Below, piece by piece: positions 51,801 to 61,486 of a DNA stretch of 64,000 bases (position 1 is its first letter; every line of letters starts with the position of its first letter). This stretch comes from Andalucia godoyi And28 (taxonomy: Eukaryota; Protista; Jakobida): positions 215,222 through 279,221 of the forward strand of contig VRVR01000038.1 in assembly GCA_009859145.1 (NCBI GenBank). The letters run 5' to 3'. Position numbers and translations under genes: made by a program. The notes beneath the pieces were generated by a model. The model made no database searches, had not been told where the DNA came from, and saw only the letters and a program-made list of their open reading frames with translations.

Positions 51801-51971
51801 GCTCGTGAGTACTCTTGCTCGCGGCAGCATGGGAATCACACGCTCTTAGAATGTTCCCTCCTGCCATAAAGAAGTTTTAATTCTTACTTCACATTTGCCT
51901 ATTTTTATTTTTATTTTTATTTTTATTTTTAATTTTTAAAAAGAATCTGTCGAGAAATGAAGGAACTCGCT

Positions 51972-53357
51972 TTACGCGACGGATCCATACTGGGATCGCT
52001 TGCGACGCTTCAAGAAGCAAAACACACCCACTGCGCCTAAAACGGCAACACCTCCGCACACTCCGCCGATGATGGCAGCCTTGTTCGGACTGTCATCGGA
52101 TCCTGACGACGAATCTGATCGTGGCTTGGGACGCGTGCATGGGACACTCGCATCGTCCTCGACAGGCCACGAAAATCCCGAGTCTTGCTCGGGCTGACTG
52201 AAGATGAGACTCCAGTCGCCGACTTCGGGTAAGAGAAACACGCTAGACCCATTTTCGCGCGTTCGGATCCAGAGCCGGACATTGTAGGGGTCGCTTGTGT
52301 ATCCAACCGCTCGGCCAGAAGTGGTCGGGAACGTGTACCTACCGCCGAGAGAAACCCATTTGAAGTCCGGCCAGTAGCGAACGTAGAAGCAGCTTCCGAG
52401 TGGACAGCGGCCGACAACAGTCGTCAAGGCCGCGACGCTTTCGAAAGAAGAAAACTCCCCAAACACCAAAGAACTGCTTTTCGCGGCATCCAATGTTGCA
52501 GGATCCCACACTCCCGAAGTTGCATTCAGCACTGCAAACGGAACATAAGAGGCATTGTCAAACATTTCAATCGTCACCAACACTGTGTTTTTCGGATATG
52601 GCAGCACTCGTGCGGAATTTCCGATGGCAAACTCCGCTGTTGACGCAGGCAAATTATGTATCTTCCAATCCCCTGTCACGGATTCAAGCACAGCAACAGG
52701 GGCCACTGGTGCCCAAAATCCGCAGACTGCCGCGATGTTGTGGCCAATCGAAAGTGACCGAATGACTGGCTCAGAGTCAGGGCCAATACGGGAATCTGGA
52801 GCGGGAAATGCACCTGGATATAGGCTCCACGAGGCCGCGCCATTTACCCATCGCATGAATGCATACGACGTTAAATTGCTGTTTGCAGCGATTGCAAACA
52901 ATGCGAACGGCTGATCCGGAAAATCCCGCGTCAGAAAATTCGTGTCGTTTCCTGCGATTGTGAGAGCACGTAACGAAACAAACGGTTCGGGCAGCGCCGG
53001 AACGTCAATCCACATTTGTAGGCGGAAATCAAATCCCAGCACAGACCGCTTTTCAAACAGGAGCTGATTCCCGGCGGTCAAGGAGAATCTGGAAGACAAT
53101 CCAAAGAAACGAAGTTCTGGCAAATCGTCCAATGCAGATTCTGAAGTGAATGCCAGGTCGTATTGATCCAAGGGATTTTCGAGCATCGAAATCTTCCCAA
53201 CAACTTCGGGGTCTTGGCACAGCGTTCGGAAGAGCCGAATCTGGTAGCCATCCTCCACTTTTGCAAGGCTGAGCGCCTGGAATGGATCGGATGCGCGAGC
53301 ACTCGTCAATAGGATAGAAAAGATGACGAGAAAAATCCCCAGCTCCTGCGCAGTCAT
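51972..53357 (-). CDS. Orphan type I membrane protein (signal peptide, single TM, short tail)
   Basis: MTAQELGIFLVIFSILLTSARA signal; TM AAIIGGVCGGVAVLGAVGVFCFL followed by KRRKR and YGSV. Confidence 0.7.
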   Translation of the reverse strand: MTAQELGIFLVIFSILLTSARASDPFQALSLAKVEDGYQIRLFRTLCQDPEVVGKISMLENPLDQYDLAFTSESALDDLPELRFFGLSSRFSLTAGNQLLFEKRSVLGFDFRLQMWIDVPALPEPFVSLRALTIAGNDTNFLTRDFPDQPFALFAIAANSNLTSYAFMRWVNGAASWSLYPGAFPAPDSRIGPDSEPVIRSLSIGHNIAAVCGFWAPVAPVAVLESVTGDWKIHNLPASTAEFAIGNSARVLPYPKNTVLVTIEMFDNASYVPFAVLNATSGVWDPATLDAAKSSSLVFGEFSSFESVAALTTVVGRCPLGSCFYVRYWPDFKWVSLGGRYTFPTTSGRAVGYTSDPYNVRLWIRTRENGSSVFLLPEVGDWSLIFSQPEQDSGFSWPVEDDASVPCTRPKPRSDSSSGSDDSPNKAAIIGGVCGGVAVLGAVGVFCFLKRRKRSQYGSVA

Positions 53358-53394
53358 TCTGTTGGGCTTTTGTGACAACAGCACACAAAAAAAA

Positions 53395-53430
<36 letters not shown>

Positions 53431-53959
53431 TTTAAAAAAATCAACATTAATACCTAAAAACCCCCCCCACCACGTATAAACAAAAGACACGCCAGAAAGC
53501 TATCGAGTCTTTTTTTCGGGGAAATCCGCGCGAAAAATGCGCAATTCTGCCAAAATCGTGAGGGAATTCGTAGCTCTTAACGTCGCCTCATTTTTACTTT
53601 TGAGTCGCGTACTAAGCATGGTGAATGCTGACGTTGAAATGACAAAGGATCCGTTTTCCAACTTGGCGGGAAGCTGCTTCTCAAATTCTCTTATTGGTCA
53701 GAAAGTCCTGTATCATTCCTCACATATATATTTTTAAATATCCAAGTACGCCATTACGTAAGGACGAATGTCGTGGGATCGAATCATGGTAAAGAAATAG
53801 GTTACTTGGGTCAGATCATTTGAGCTCCGCACACCTTCGGAACCGCGAATCAGAGTTGCGCAGAATGCTGAGTGTCTGAGCGCTCAGGGCAATATACATT
53901 TAATAATGATAATAATAAAAATAAAAGACATCGTATGGCTGGAAAATACGGAAAACTCG

Positions 53960-54020
53960 CTAGTGAGAGAGTCCCAGTGTCGATCGTCGATCATTAGCCT
54001 GCTAGACGACGGTCGATTGA
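53960..54020. repeat. Structured dispersed repeat, copy 1 (47-nt core 53974-54020)
   Basis: 40/47 identical, ungapped, to 63275-63321; 10-bp stem TCGATCGTCG/CGACGGTCGA with apical TTAG-CCTG-CTAG. Confidence 0.8.
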
Positions 54021-55075
54021 ATGTGTGAACAGTCCTTCCGATACATTCTTCATCATTTATTGCGTGTGGCTTAGTTTTTATTTCATCGCAGCGCTGCTTT
54101 CCACTCCAGATCATGCGGGATCCTACTCTATCTGCTGATCATGGCAAATAAAACACTCTGATAACCAATTTCGGTTTGTTAATAGTTCCAGAAAAGATCG
54201 CTTGGTTGTTTGTTTGCGCAGAAGGCAAGGGGGAGTACGGTTTCATCGCAATTCATGAAAGAACACAGAATCAATATTGTGTCCAAGAAAACCGTTGCGG
54301 ATAGAAGGGCGATACCGAAAGCGTGGCTTGCAGAGGTGGCACACGATGATGCCGAATTAGCAGACGGCAACAATGGTGGGATGAGACGAATCGCTGATTT
54401 TAAGCCTCCACTCAGATACGGATACGCAGCAGTGGTGCTTAACCCAAATTCTGCGAATAGTCAAGACACATTTTATCCGTCGATTGTGCCAAAAGAAATA
54501 GTGGACAGCATTTTCCTTCGCATCCGCAAGTAGACATGAGTTCTCACTGCCGTCTTGCTTCAGCATGCATGTTTGTTGATGTTCCGTCGTCAAATGTTTT
54601 CGCTTCCTTGTGTTCATCAGATGCGTCGCGTAGTTCTTCCATCAGTAATTCAGTACAAAGGCCAGGGATTTTGGGATTTTCCCGTTTCTGCATTTGTCAT
54701 CTATGGCCGATTCGATCTGGCAGCGACGCCAACCAGAGAGTGATTATCTGCCAACTGCTTTAGTCCACGATCAGTTCGCAGACGCTGCAACCACGGAGCG
54801 ACTCTTCCTTGAAAAGGCGATGTTGTCAACTCTGCTCTGCGGGAAAGGTGTCTGATGTGCAACCAAGACGGAAGGATTGGCATCCACTTCAAAAACTGAC
54901 ATTCTGTTCGGACAAGGCCGCCTTGGACACTATGCATCAGCGAGGCAAACCATTCGTTTGGACACAGATTTAAGTTTCAAAACCAGACACAGCACACGTA
55001 ACACAGAGTCGCAATTGTCAGATATATGCGAACCCAGAAAGTGATCAAATGAAATCCAGCGGTCCTCGAAGTGCA

Positions 55076-55349
55076 CGCGACGAGAGATCAGCTGTGCGAA
55101 GGTGGCTCGGCACAGCGCGCTGGATCTACAACGCAGGCCTCGTGGCCGTCCGCGAAAGAAACGCGTCTCGCTCAACATCAAGGCGCTGCCCGCACTGCTT
55201 CTCAACAGTGCTTCTGAGACTGTGCAGCAACATCCATGGCTAGCAGAGGTGCCGCCATACGACATGCGTGATATGCATGTTGCTGGGTTGCAACATTGAT
55301 TATTGGGTGATCAGCGATGATTATCCGTGGTTAGTGTACAATGTGGGCG
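55076..55349 (+). pseudogene. Fanzor2/TnpB N-terminal relic (copy B) plus shared downstream hairpin segment
   Basis: RSAVRRWLGTARWIYNAGL, then in the -1 frame NSASETVQQHPWLAEVPPYDMRD (Fanzor2-like WL.EVP.D.R); 151 nt identical to copy A; downstream homology to about 55349/19270. Confidence 0.75.
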
Positions 55350-55677
55350 TTGAGGATGAAGACATACCATGGATCCATGCAGCAGCATTCAGCATTGGGT
55401 GGAAGTTTTGGATTGCGGAAGTGATGTGCCCGATGCTCCGGTGTGGGCAGGCTGAGATTCATGTTCATCTGCTAGGACGTGTCCTTTTCGCAGGCGCTCA
55501 CATCAAAGAATTCAGGATCTTACCATGTTTCGGTGACCGACGTCGGGAAGTCCAACATTGTGTTCAAACTTCGCTCCATGAAGAAACTTAAACGGAGCCT
55601 TCGTTCCACGGAACATTTTCTGGTTTCTTCTTCTTGTGTATTACAATTTGTGATGCATCTGACTGGCCTAATACGCA

Positions 55678-57846
55678 ATGAGGTTTGCCAAGTATCTTGC
55701 GGATCATTTTGTTCCGGAATGGAAGAGCCAGTACGTGGACTACAAAGCGTTGAAGAAACTCATCTCTAGACTCTTTGCGGAAACGTCTGGAAATGCGCCG
55801 TGGGAGTTTTCACCATCCACAGCATTCACGGACCTTCTTGACAATGACGGAGTTGAAATTCTGGATGCCACTTTCAAAGTAATTAACAGTCGAAGAAGAA
55901 ACGACGTCGCTCCGGATGTCTGCGCTGCGTCTGCAATTCATCATTCCGAGTCCCGGGGGGACTTGGCACATAATTATCAAGAAAGAGTCTTTTTGGCTAG
56001 CATTTCAAAAGAGATTCAAAAGGTCTCTGCTTTCTATGAGCAACAACTTGTCACCTTGCATTCGAATATTACTGCAATGGAGGATATGTTGCTGAAGTGG
56101 CCCGGTGGAAAGCAGCGACCCAGAGAACTGGAGATGAACCTGAGGCTGGCTTGTTTGGAGTTTTATCGTAACCTAGGACTCATACGGAATTTTGCAGTGA
56201 TGAATGCCACTGGATTTTTGAAAATTTCCAAGAAATATGATAAGGTGTTATGCTCGACGATCTGGCCCACCGTCAAGTCCATGCTGCGGAATACACCGTT
56301 TTTCGATCTGCAAGCGATAGATATGATATTGGATGAATTGAAGGAGTTGTACGCTGTCAATTTTGTGGGAGGAGATCTCAAAGCTGCGTCGAGGTTACTG
56401 CGGGTCTCGCCGTCATCACAAGAATCGTCCTTCCCGTCTGTCAAGGACCGTTATGCGTTGTTTCTTTCGGGTTTGTTGCTTGGTGGTATAGGCGTTCTTG
56501 TACTGGATATCATTTATGACGTCAATGCTACTTTTAATCAAGGCCTAGACTGGAAGTACAATTTTGTCTGGTTCAATGTTTACCGAGCCGTGGCATTTGT
56601 GTTCGCACAGGCAGCATCATTGGCAGTTGCATTCTATTTCTTTACTGAATTTCAGATCAATTACGTCTTTATTTTTGATTTGAATCCCCGTGATCACTTG
56701 TCCCCTTCTCGCTATTTGTACTTGTGCCTTTGTTTCGGTGCAGTGATATTCAGTTCTATGTTTGCGTACGTCAAATCTGTCTCGCATGAACAGCACGGAT
56801 CCCATCTCCTTTTACCATCCTCGTATCAGCCTTTGGTTGCATGTGCTGTTTTGTTGTTCTGTTTGCTGTCTCCTTGGCCACGGTTCTTCTGGACGTCGCG
56901 CAGATGGCTTCTCTCCGCTGTTCTCCGGCTGTTGTGTTCTCCGTTTCTGACTGTTCATTTTCCTGAATTTTTCATCGCTGACCAGTTATCTTCCTTGTCA
57001 TATTTTCTTGGGGATTTGCAGTACGCATTTTGCATTCGCGCTGCTGCTTCTGGATTGACTGACTCTTTGCTTGTATGCGATGGGTTGTCTGTCAGCCTAA
57101 CATATCTTCTTTCTATGATTCCATCATATGTTCGGTTGATGCAGTGTTTTCGGAGATCATATGACAAGAAGAAAATCCATCCATATTTGTCCAACTCCGT
57201 GAAGTTTGTGCTGTCTTTAGCCATGCTTTCCATCGCGTTTGCGGAATCTTTTTCTTGGGGAACATCGTGGAATGCGTGGAGAACCGTCTGGATCCTGTTG
57301 AATGTATTGTCGACAGTTGTTCGTTTGTACTGGGATTTTGTTGAGGATTGGAGAATACTTCCATGGGCCGCCGTGCGTGAAAGGAATTGTTTCCGTTCGC
57401 GTTTGTTTCATCCGTCCGCTGTTCTCGTCAACATCGTTTGTCGAGTTTCTTGGGCTTTGGTGTTTTTGGTTGACTTGCGAACATTTGGGGTGTGGACGAT
57501 GTTTTTGATTCTTGGTGGTTTTGAAGTGTTCAGAAAGGCAGTGTGGAACCTGGTTCGGGTAGAAAATGAGCACGTGAACAACGTTGGAAAATTTCGCGCA
57601 TTCAAGGAAGTTCCGTTGCTCAGCTACACTGGAGATTCTAGCGCTCGTGATTTGTCTAATTTTGCACCCGATGCAAATACTGCGATCTGTGCCACCAATG
57701 CACACCATCAACCTCTGATCAACACGTCGTTGGATGATGTGACTGATGATTCTCCCTATCCACCACGTGAATCCTCGGACCATGCTCCATCGACGCTGAT
57801 GTTTTCAAGCCTCCGAGCAATCGAAAACGAGGATAATGATGATTAG
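55678..57846 (+). CDS. XPR1: SPX-EXS phosphate exporter (XPR1/SYG1/PHO1 family)
   Basis: MRFAKYL...YVDYKALKK, NATGFLKISKKYDK (SPX); INYVFIFDL, FFIADQLSSL, RLMQCFRR, YWDFVEDW, EVFRKAVWNLVRVENEHVNNVGKFRA (EXS). Confidence 0.93.
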   Translation: MRFAKYLADHFVPEWKSQYVDYKALKKLISRLFAETSGNAPWEFSPSTAFTDLLDNDGVEILDATFKVINSRRRNDVAPDVCAASAIHHSESRGDLAHNYQERVFLASISKEIQKVSAFYEQQLVTLHSNITAMEDMLLKWPGGKQRPRELEMNLRLACLEFYRNLGLIRNFAVMNATGFLKISKKYDKVLCSTIWPTVKSMLRNTPFFDLQAIDMILDELKELYAVNFVGGDLKAASRLLRVSPSSQESSFPSVKDRYALFLSGLLLGGIGVLVLDIIYDVNATFNQGLDWKYNFVWFNVYRAVAFVFAQAASLAVAFYFFTEFQINYVFIFDLNPRDHLSPSRYLYLCLCFGAVIFSSMFAYVKSVSHEQHGSHLLLPSSYQPLVACAVLLFCLLSPWPRFFWTSRRWLLSAVLRLLCSPFLTVHFPEFFIADQLSSLSYFLGDLQYAFCIRAAASGLTDSLLVCDGLSVSLTYLLSMIPSYVRLMQCFRRSYDKKKIHPYLSNSVKFVLSLAMLSIAFAESFSWGTSWNAWRTVWILLNVLSTVVRLYWDFVEDWRILPWAAVRERNCFRSRLFHPSAVLVNIVCRVSWALVFLVDLRTFGVWTMFLILGGFEVFRKAVWNLVRVENEHVNNVGKFRAFKEVPLLSYTGDSSARDLSNFAPDANTAICATNAHHQPLINTSLDDVTDDSPYPPRESSDHAPSTLMFSSLRAIENEDNDD

Positions 57847-58263
57847 ATATTAGACCAAATCTGCTTGGTGGAGTCAATTCTGAGACGTGTATTGTCTGAC
57901 ACCAAATTGCAGTTTAAATCCTGATCACAAATGTTCATCATCAGTTTTTTTTTTTTTGTTGTCTGGACACCAACAGTCTCACCATATCATATCGTTTTAA
58001 TTCTCTCAGACTATCTGGTCTGGCATGCGCGAGTTTCCCAGTAAATGATTGCAAAAGAGACAAATCTCCAACTATCAACAGACGCTTGGGGAGCGGAGAA
58101 GATATCCGAAGATTTGATCTGGATTGTCCGATTTTCAGAACAATGATTGCAAATTTGAAATGAACTTCTTACTGTTTATGAGTCACTTCTTCTTTTCACG
58201 TTTCGTTGCTGTCCTTACCTATTTCTCCCTTCCCCAAAGAAAGAAAGAAAAAAGTGTCACCAC

Positions 58264-60558
58264 ATGGTAAAATTCGGAAAATACCTTCGCGAGGCGATAC
58301 TGCAGAATGGTGAACCCTCCTGGGATCCGCAGTATGCAGATTTCAAGTACTTGAAAAAGCTCGTTAAGCGGGTGAGCAAGAAGCATCTTGGTTCCGAGGA
58401 GATGTTTGCCGATGCCGTTGATCGAGAATATCGCAAAACGAATGATCATTTCTCCCGAACCGTGAAGTCGCTGCAAATTGAGCTGGCGGCTCTGGAAAAG
58501 GAACATTCGGAAATCATCACAGCTTCGCACTCGGATTATGTGCAGTCCGAAGACGGCGTGTACAACGCTGACAAGTCAGAGAAAATTCGTGCCAAACTGC
58601 GACAAGCTGTGATGACTGCAGTTCGCATCTCCGCTTTTGGGTATATCAATCAAACTGCTCTACGAAAAGCCCTGAAGAAGCATGATAAGCAGGAAAACGC
58701 ACGTTCGCTGTCTCCTTTTTGGGATCTGCAGCTCCGCAGAACAAAACTGTGTCCTCTCATTTCTCTTGAGGCCGTTTTCTGGAGAATCTCGCAGCTGTTT
58801 CAAGCCCTGAAGCGCCGATCCGTGGCGATGGAAGCCTTGCTTAAGGACCCGAGCACATCAGAAACTGGCAAGAGCAAGGCTACGGAAACAGACTTTTCCT
58901 CGTTTGAGCGCAAGAGCTTTAAGTTTTGGGTAAACCCCACGGACGTTCCAAAGCTCATTTGCAGAATAGTCGAGAATCTGCCGATATACTGTTACACGGG
59001 GTTCGATGAAACCCGAGGAACTGTTTCGCAGGAAGTCCACTCTGTGTACTTTGACAACGACCAGTTTGATTTGTACCGAACTCGAATGGCAAGAGAAGAA
59101 GGCGCGTCGTTGATTCGTATTCGCTGGTATGGCGGATCAACGCCGGCTGATCAGTGCAATACCACCTCTGCAGCAGAAATAGAAGATCTGCCGGGGAAAC
59201 AAGGACAGAAACCGAGATCAAGAAAAGCCGAAAGCACTAAAGCAGGATGTCTCAAGGCCGGAAACGTAGTGTACGTCGAAGAGAAGGTGCATCACGAATC
59301 GGACATCTCGGGTCTTGAGTCTGCCAAAGAACGATTCAAATGGTCTGACACCTTGGTCGTTCCATATTTGTTGGGAGAGTCTTTAGGAGCCGAGGAGCCA
59401 TCAGAAGTTTGGCGAGCGAAGAATCCAGTGTATGCGGACGTTCTCCAGAAAGCCTTGGCATTGAAAATCAAGCCAATGGTTCGAACGACGTATCTCCGCA
59501 CTGCATTTCAGATACCAGGAGACAACTCTGTCCGCATCTCTCTGGATACGGGAATGAACCTGATTCGAGAGTCATGCGACATGTACGGCAATCGTGAATG
59601 GTACACCGACCCGGACTCCATTCGCGAGTCAGAAGTGTATCGGTTCCCGTACGCTATTCTCGAGGTGAAACTGGAAAAGGACTATGTCAAGAATCCTCCG
59701 GTGTGGATTGCAGAACTGATGGACGATGGCGACGTTCTGATGTCTGCCAAAGAGTCGGGCAAATTTTCAAAATACATTCACGGTGCTGCAGTTCTGTTTC
59801 CCGAGCTCGTTCCAGGATTTCCGCGATGGATTATGGAACATCCGGATATTTTCCAGATTGTCACCAGTCCGACGACGCCAAGAGCCAAGCATCGTTCGGC
59901 AACAGATGGCGAAAATGCAAATATGGACAGCATCCCTGGGTCTCCTGCTGACCACGTTTCGTTGTGGATGTCTTCGGATCCTTGTCAGGTCGTCGCAGGA
60001 CAACTCGGACAGGGAGAAGAAGAAGAAATTGTTGCCCACTTGCTGCCGGGAGCTGAAAAGAAACCACCGAAGCCAGTGTCTTCCTGGAAGACTTGGTTTG
60101 CATCTGGACAGTCTGGACCTTCGACAGTCCTCACAACGGCGACCAACCCGCTGGCGTCGCAGAGCACAGAGCAACGAATGCGGTCGTTTGCGACTGTGCC
60201 GAACGTTCCTCCCAAAGGAAGGAAAGCGAAGGGTGCCGAGCCAAAGACATACTTCGCCAACGAGCGGACGTTCTTGTCCTGGATGAATGCTGCGGTTCTA
60301 CTTTCCACGGTTGGTGTCGCGTTGTTCAACATGGACTCCAGTGCTGCGATCGGCGGATTTTGTTTTCTTCTCGTTGCTTTTCTCGTGCTTGTCTATGCTC
60401 TTTATGTGTATTATCAGCGTGGAACGGCCATCGGTGGTATGGACGCCGGGTTTCGTTGGAACGATCGATATGGACCGGGAATTCTGGCTTCCAGTATCAT
60501 TGCCGCCATCATAGTATCCGTTGCTCTTGGGGCCTCCTCTTCTGGAATACGGAAATAG
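58264..60558 (+). CDS. VTC4: Vacuolar transporter chaperone polyphosphate polymerase (SPX-VTC-DUF202)
   Basis: SPX N-terminus; FERKSFKFWV, SVYFDN, IRIRWYG, RTAFQIPGDNSVRISLDT, FPYAILEVKL, KFSKYIHG; EPKTYFANERTFLSW followed by three TMs. Confidence 0.92.
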   Translation: MVKFGKYLREAILQNGEPSWDPQYADFKYLKKLVKRVSKKHLGSEEMFADAVDREYRKTNDHFSRTVKSLQIELAALEKEHSEIITASHSDYVQSEDGVYNADKSEKIRAKLRQAVMTAVRISAFGYINQTALRKALKKHDKQENARSLSPFWDLQLRRTKLCPLISLEAVFWRISQLFQALKRRSVAMEALLKDPSTSETGKSKATETDFSSFERKSFKFWVNPTDVPKLICRIVENLPIYCYTGFDETRGTVSQEVHSVYFDNDQFDLYRTRMAREEGASLIRIRWYGGSTPADQCNTTSAAEIEDLPGKQGQKPRSRKAESTKAGCLKAGNVVYVEEKVHHESDISGLESAKERFKWSDTLVVPYLLGESLGAEEPSEVWRAKNPVYADVLQKALALKIKPMVRTTYLRTAFQIPGDNSVRISLDTGMNLIRESCDMYGNREWYTDPDSIRESEVYRFPYAILEVKLEKDYVKNPPVWIAELMDDGDVLMSAKESGKFSKYIHGAAVLFPELVPGFPRWIMEHPDIFQIVTSPTTPRAKHRSATDGENANMDSIPGSPADHVSLWMSSDPCQVVAGQLGQGEEEEIVAHLLPGAEKKPPKPVSSWKTWFASGQSGPSTVLTTATNPLASQSTEQRMRSFATVPNVPPKGRKAKGAEPKTYFANERTFLSWMNAAVLLSTVGVALFNMDSSAAIGGFCFLLVAFLVLVYALYVYYQRGTAIGGMDAGFRWNDRYGPGILASSIIAAIIVSVALGASSSGIRK

Positions 60559-61486
60559 CCAGTTTGATTTTCCTCATCCAAAGATCTACTATCTTGTCGA
60601 ATGCCATTCCATGACTTTGGTGTCCTGAAATGATCTTCATTTAGAATTAAAAAATGGACGACCATTCTCGAGATTGCTCCTATCCTGTACCGTCACTGTG
60701 CAGGACACACAGACTGCGTCGGAACCCAGTTCGTGGTTGGCGAATTGGAAAAAGAACGAAAAACCAATTTTGCAGCCCATAGTACAGTGCAACAGGTCAG
60801 ATCGGTATGGACTTTACGCCTACTGCAGTACCGGAGCGAGAAAGATCACCACCTGCAGACGCAGTCGAACCTGCCAAGAAGAACCCGCCGCAGTAGTTGC
60901 CGTTCTGGTCCTCTTGTGTTCAACAACTGTCTGCCATGGGCTGGTGGCCGACTGAGATACATCCTGGTACTTCCGGTACTTCCGATCGGCTGCTCCAAAA
61001 TGCTTAGTTCTCTGCTTCTCTCCATCAGTCTGGTATCCCTCTGCAACAACGCCGCGTTGTTTTTCCATGCTCCCCTCCATGGCGCAACGCACCACTCTTC
61101 GATGGCGGATGGGTGCAGCTTGATGACCCCTTGATGCAGAGCAATCTACATTGAAGAGTTGGTGCTCGCCCCAAATTAATAAAAACAAAAACAGCATTTG
61201 GCTTGGATCTGTCTTCGGTAACAGCTTAGCCGATTCTGGTCAGTAATGATGTATGTTTTGGCGAGCGGACTTGAGCAGATGAGATCCTGCATGAAGTGGT
61301 ACCTGTTCTCGACAGTTTATGGGAACTGACGTGTGGGTCACAGCGCGGAAGTCTGGGGGCTGTTTTGGACAATGGTTTTCCGGCTGATCTGACTGCTGGG
61401 ATAGAGGCAAGTTAGGCTTGAAAACAGAAATCTCTGGGAAAAAAGGTGTTTGAGCGGAATCTTTAATCTGAACGAAAATTTGCGCA

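Noticed and set aside
2543-51839. Many long antisense or alternative-frame ORFs (e.g. 2543-3301+, 14460-15212+, 29751-30584+, 42447-43094-, 51081-51839-)
   Set aside because: They overlap well-supported genes on the other strand or frame and have no recognisable motifs.
1934-53384. N-terminal ORF extensions from TTG/GTG/CTG or upstream low-complexity sequence (MAPK, CNG2, PTS, MER3, TAF12, KIFBP, MCM3 and others)
   Set aside because: They translate AT-rich UTR or promoter tracts; the first ATG matching the family N-terminus was used instead.
53400-55670. IS607 serine recombinase, Y1/HUH transposase or Helitron RepHel gene near the relics
   Set aside because: No YARVS-like, HUH or helicase motifs were found in the frames I could read.
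60600-61480. Short ORFs between VTC4 and the glycosyltransferase
   Set aside because: All are under 135 aa with no motifs and overlap each other; not supportable as genes or transposon relics.
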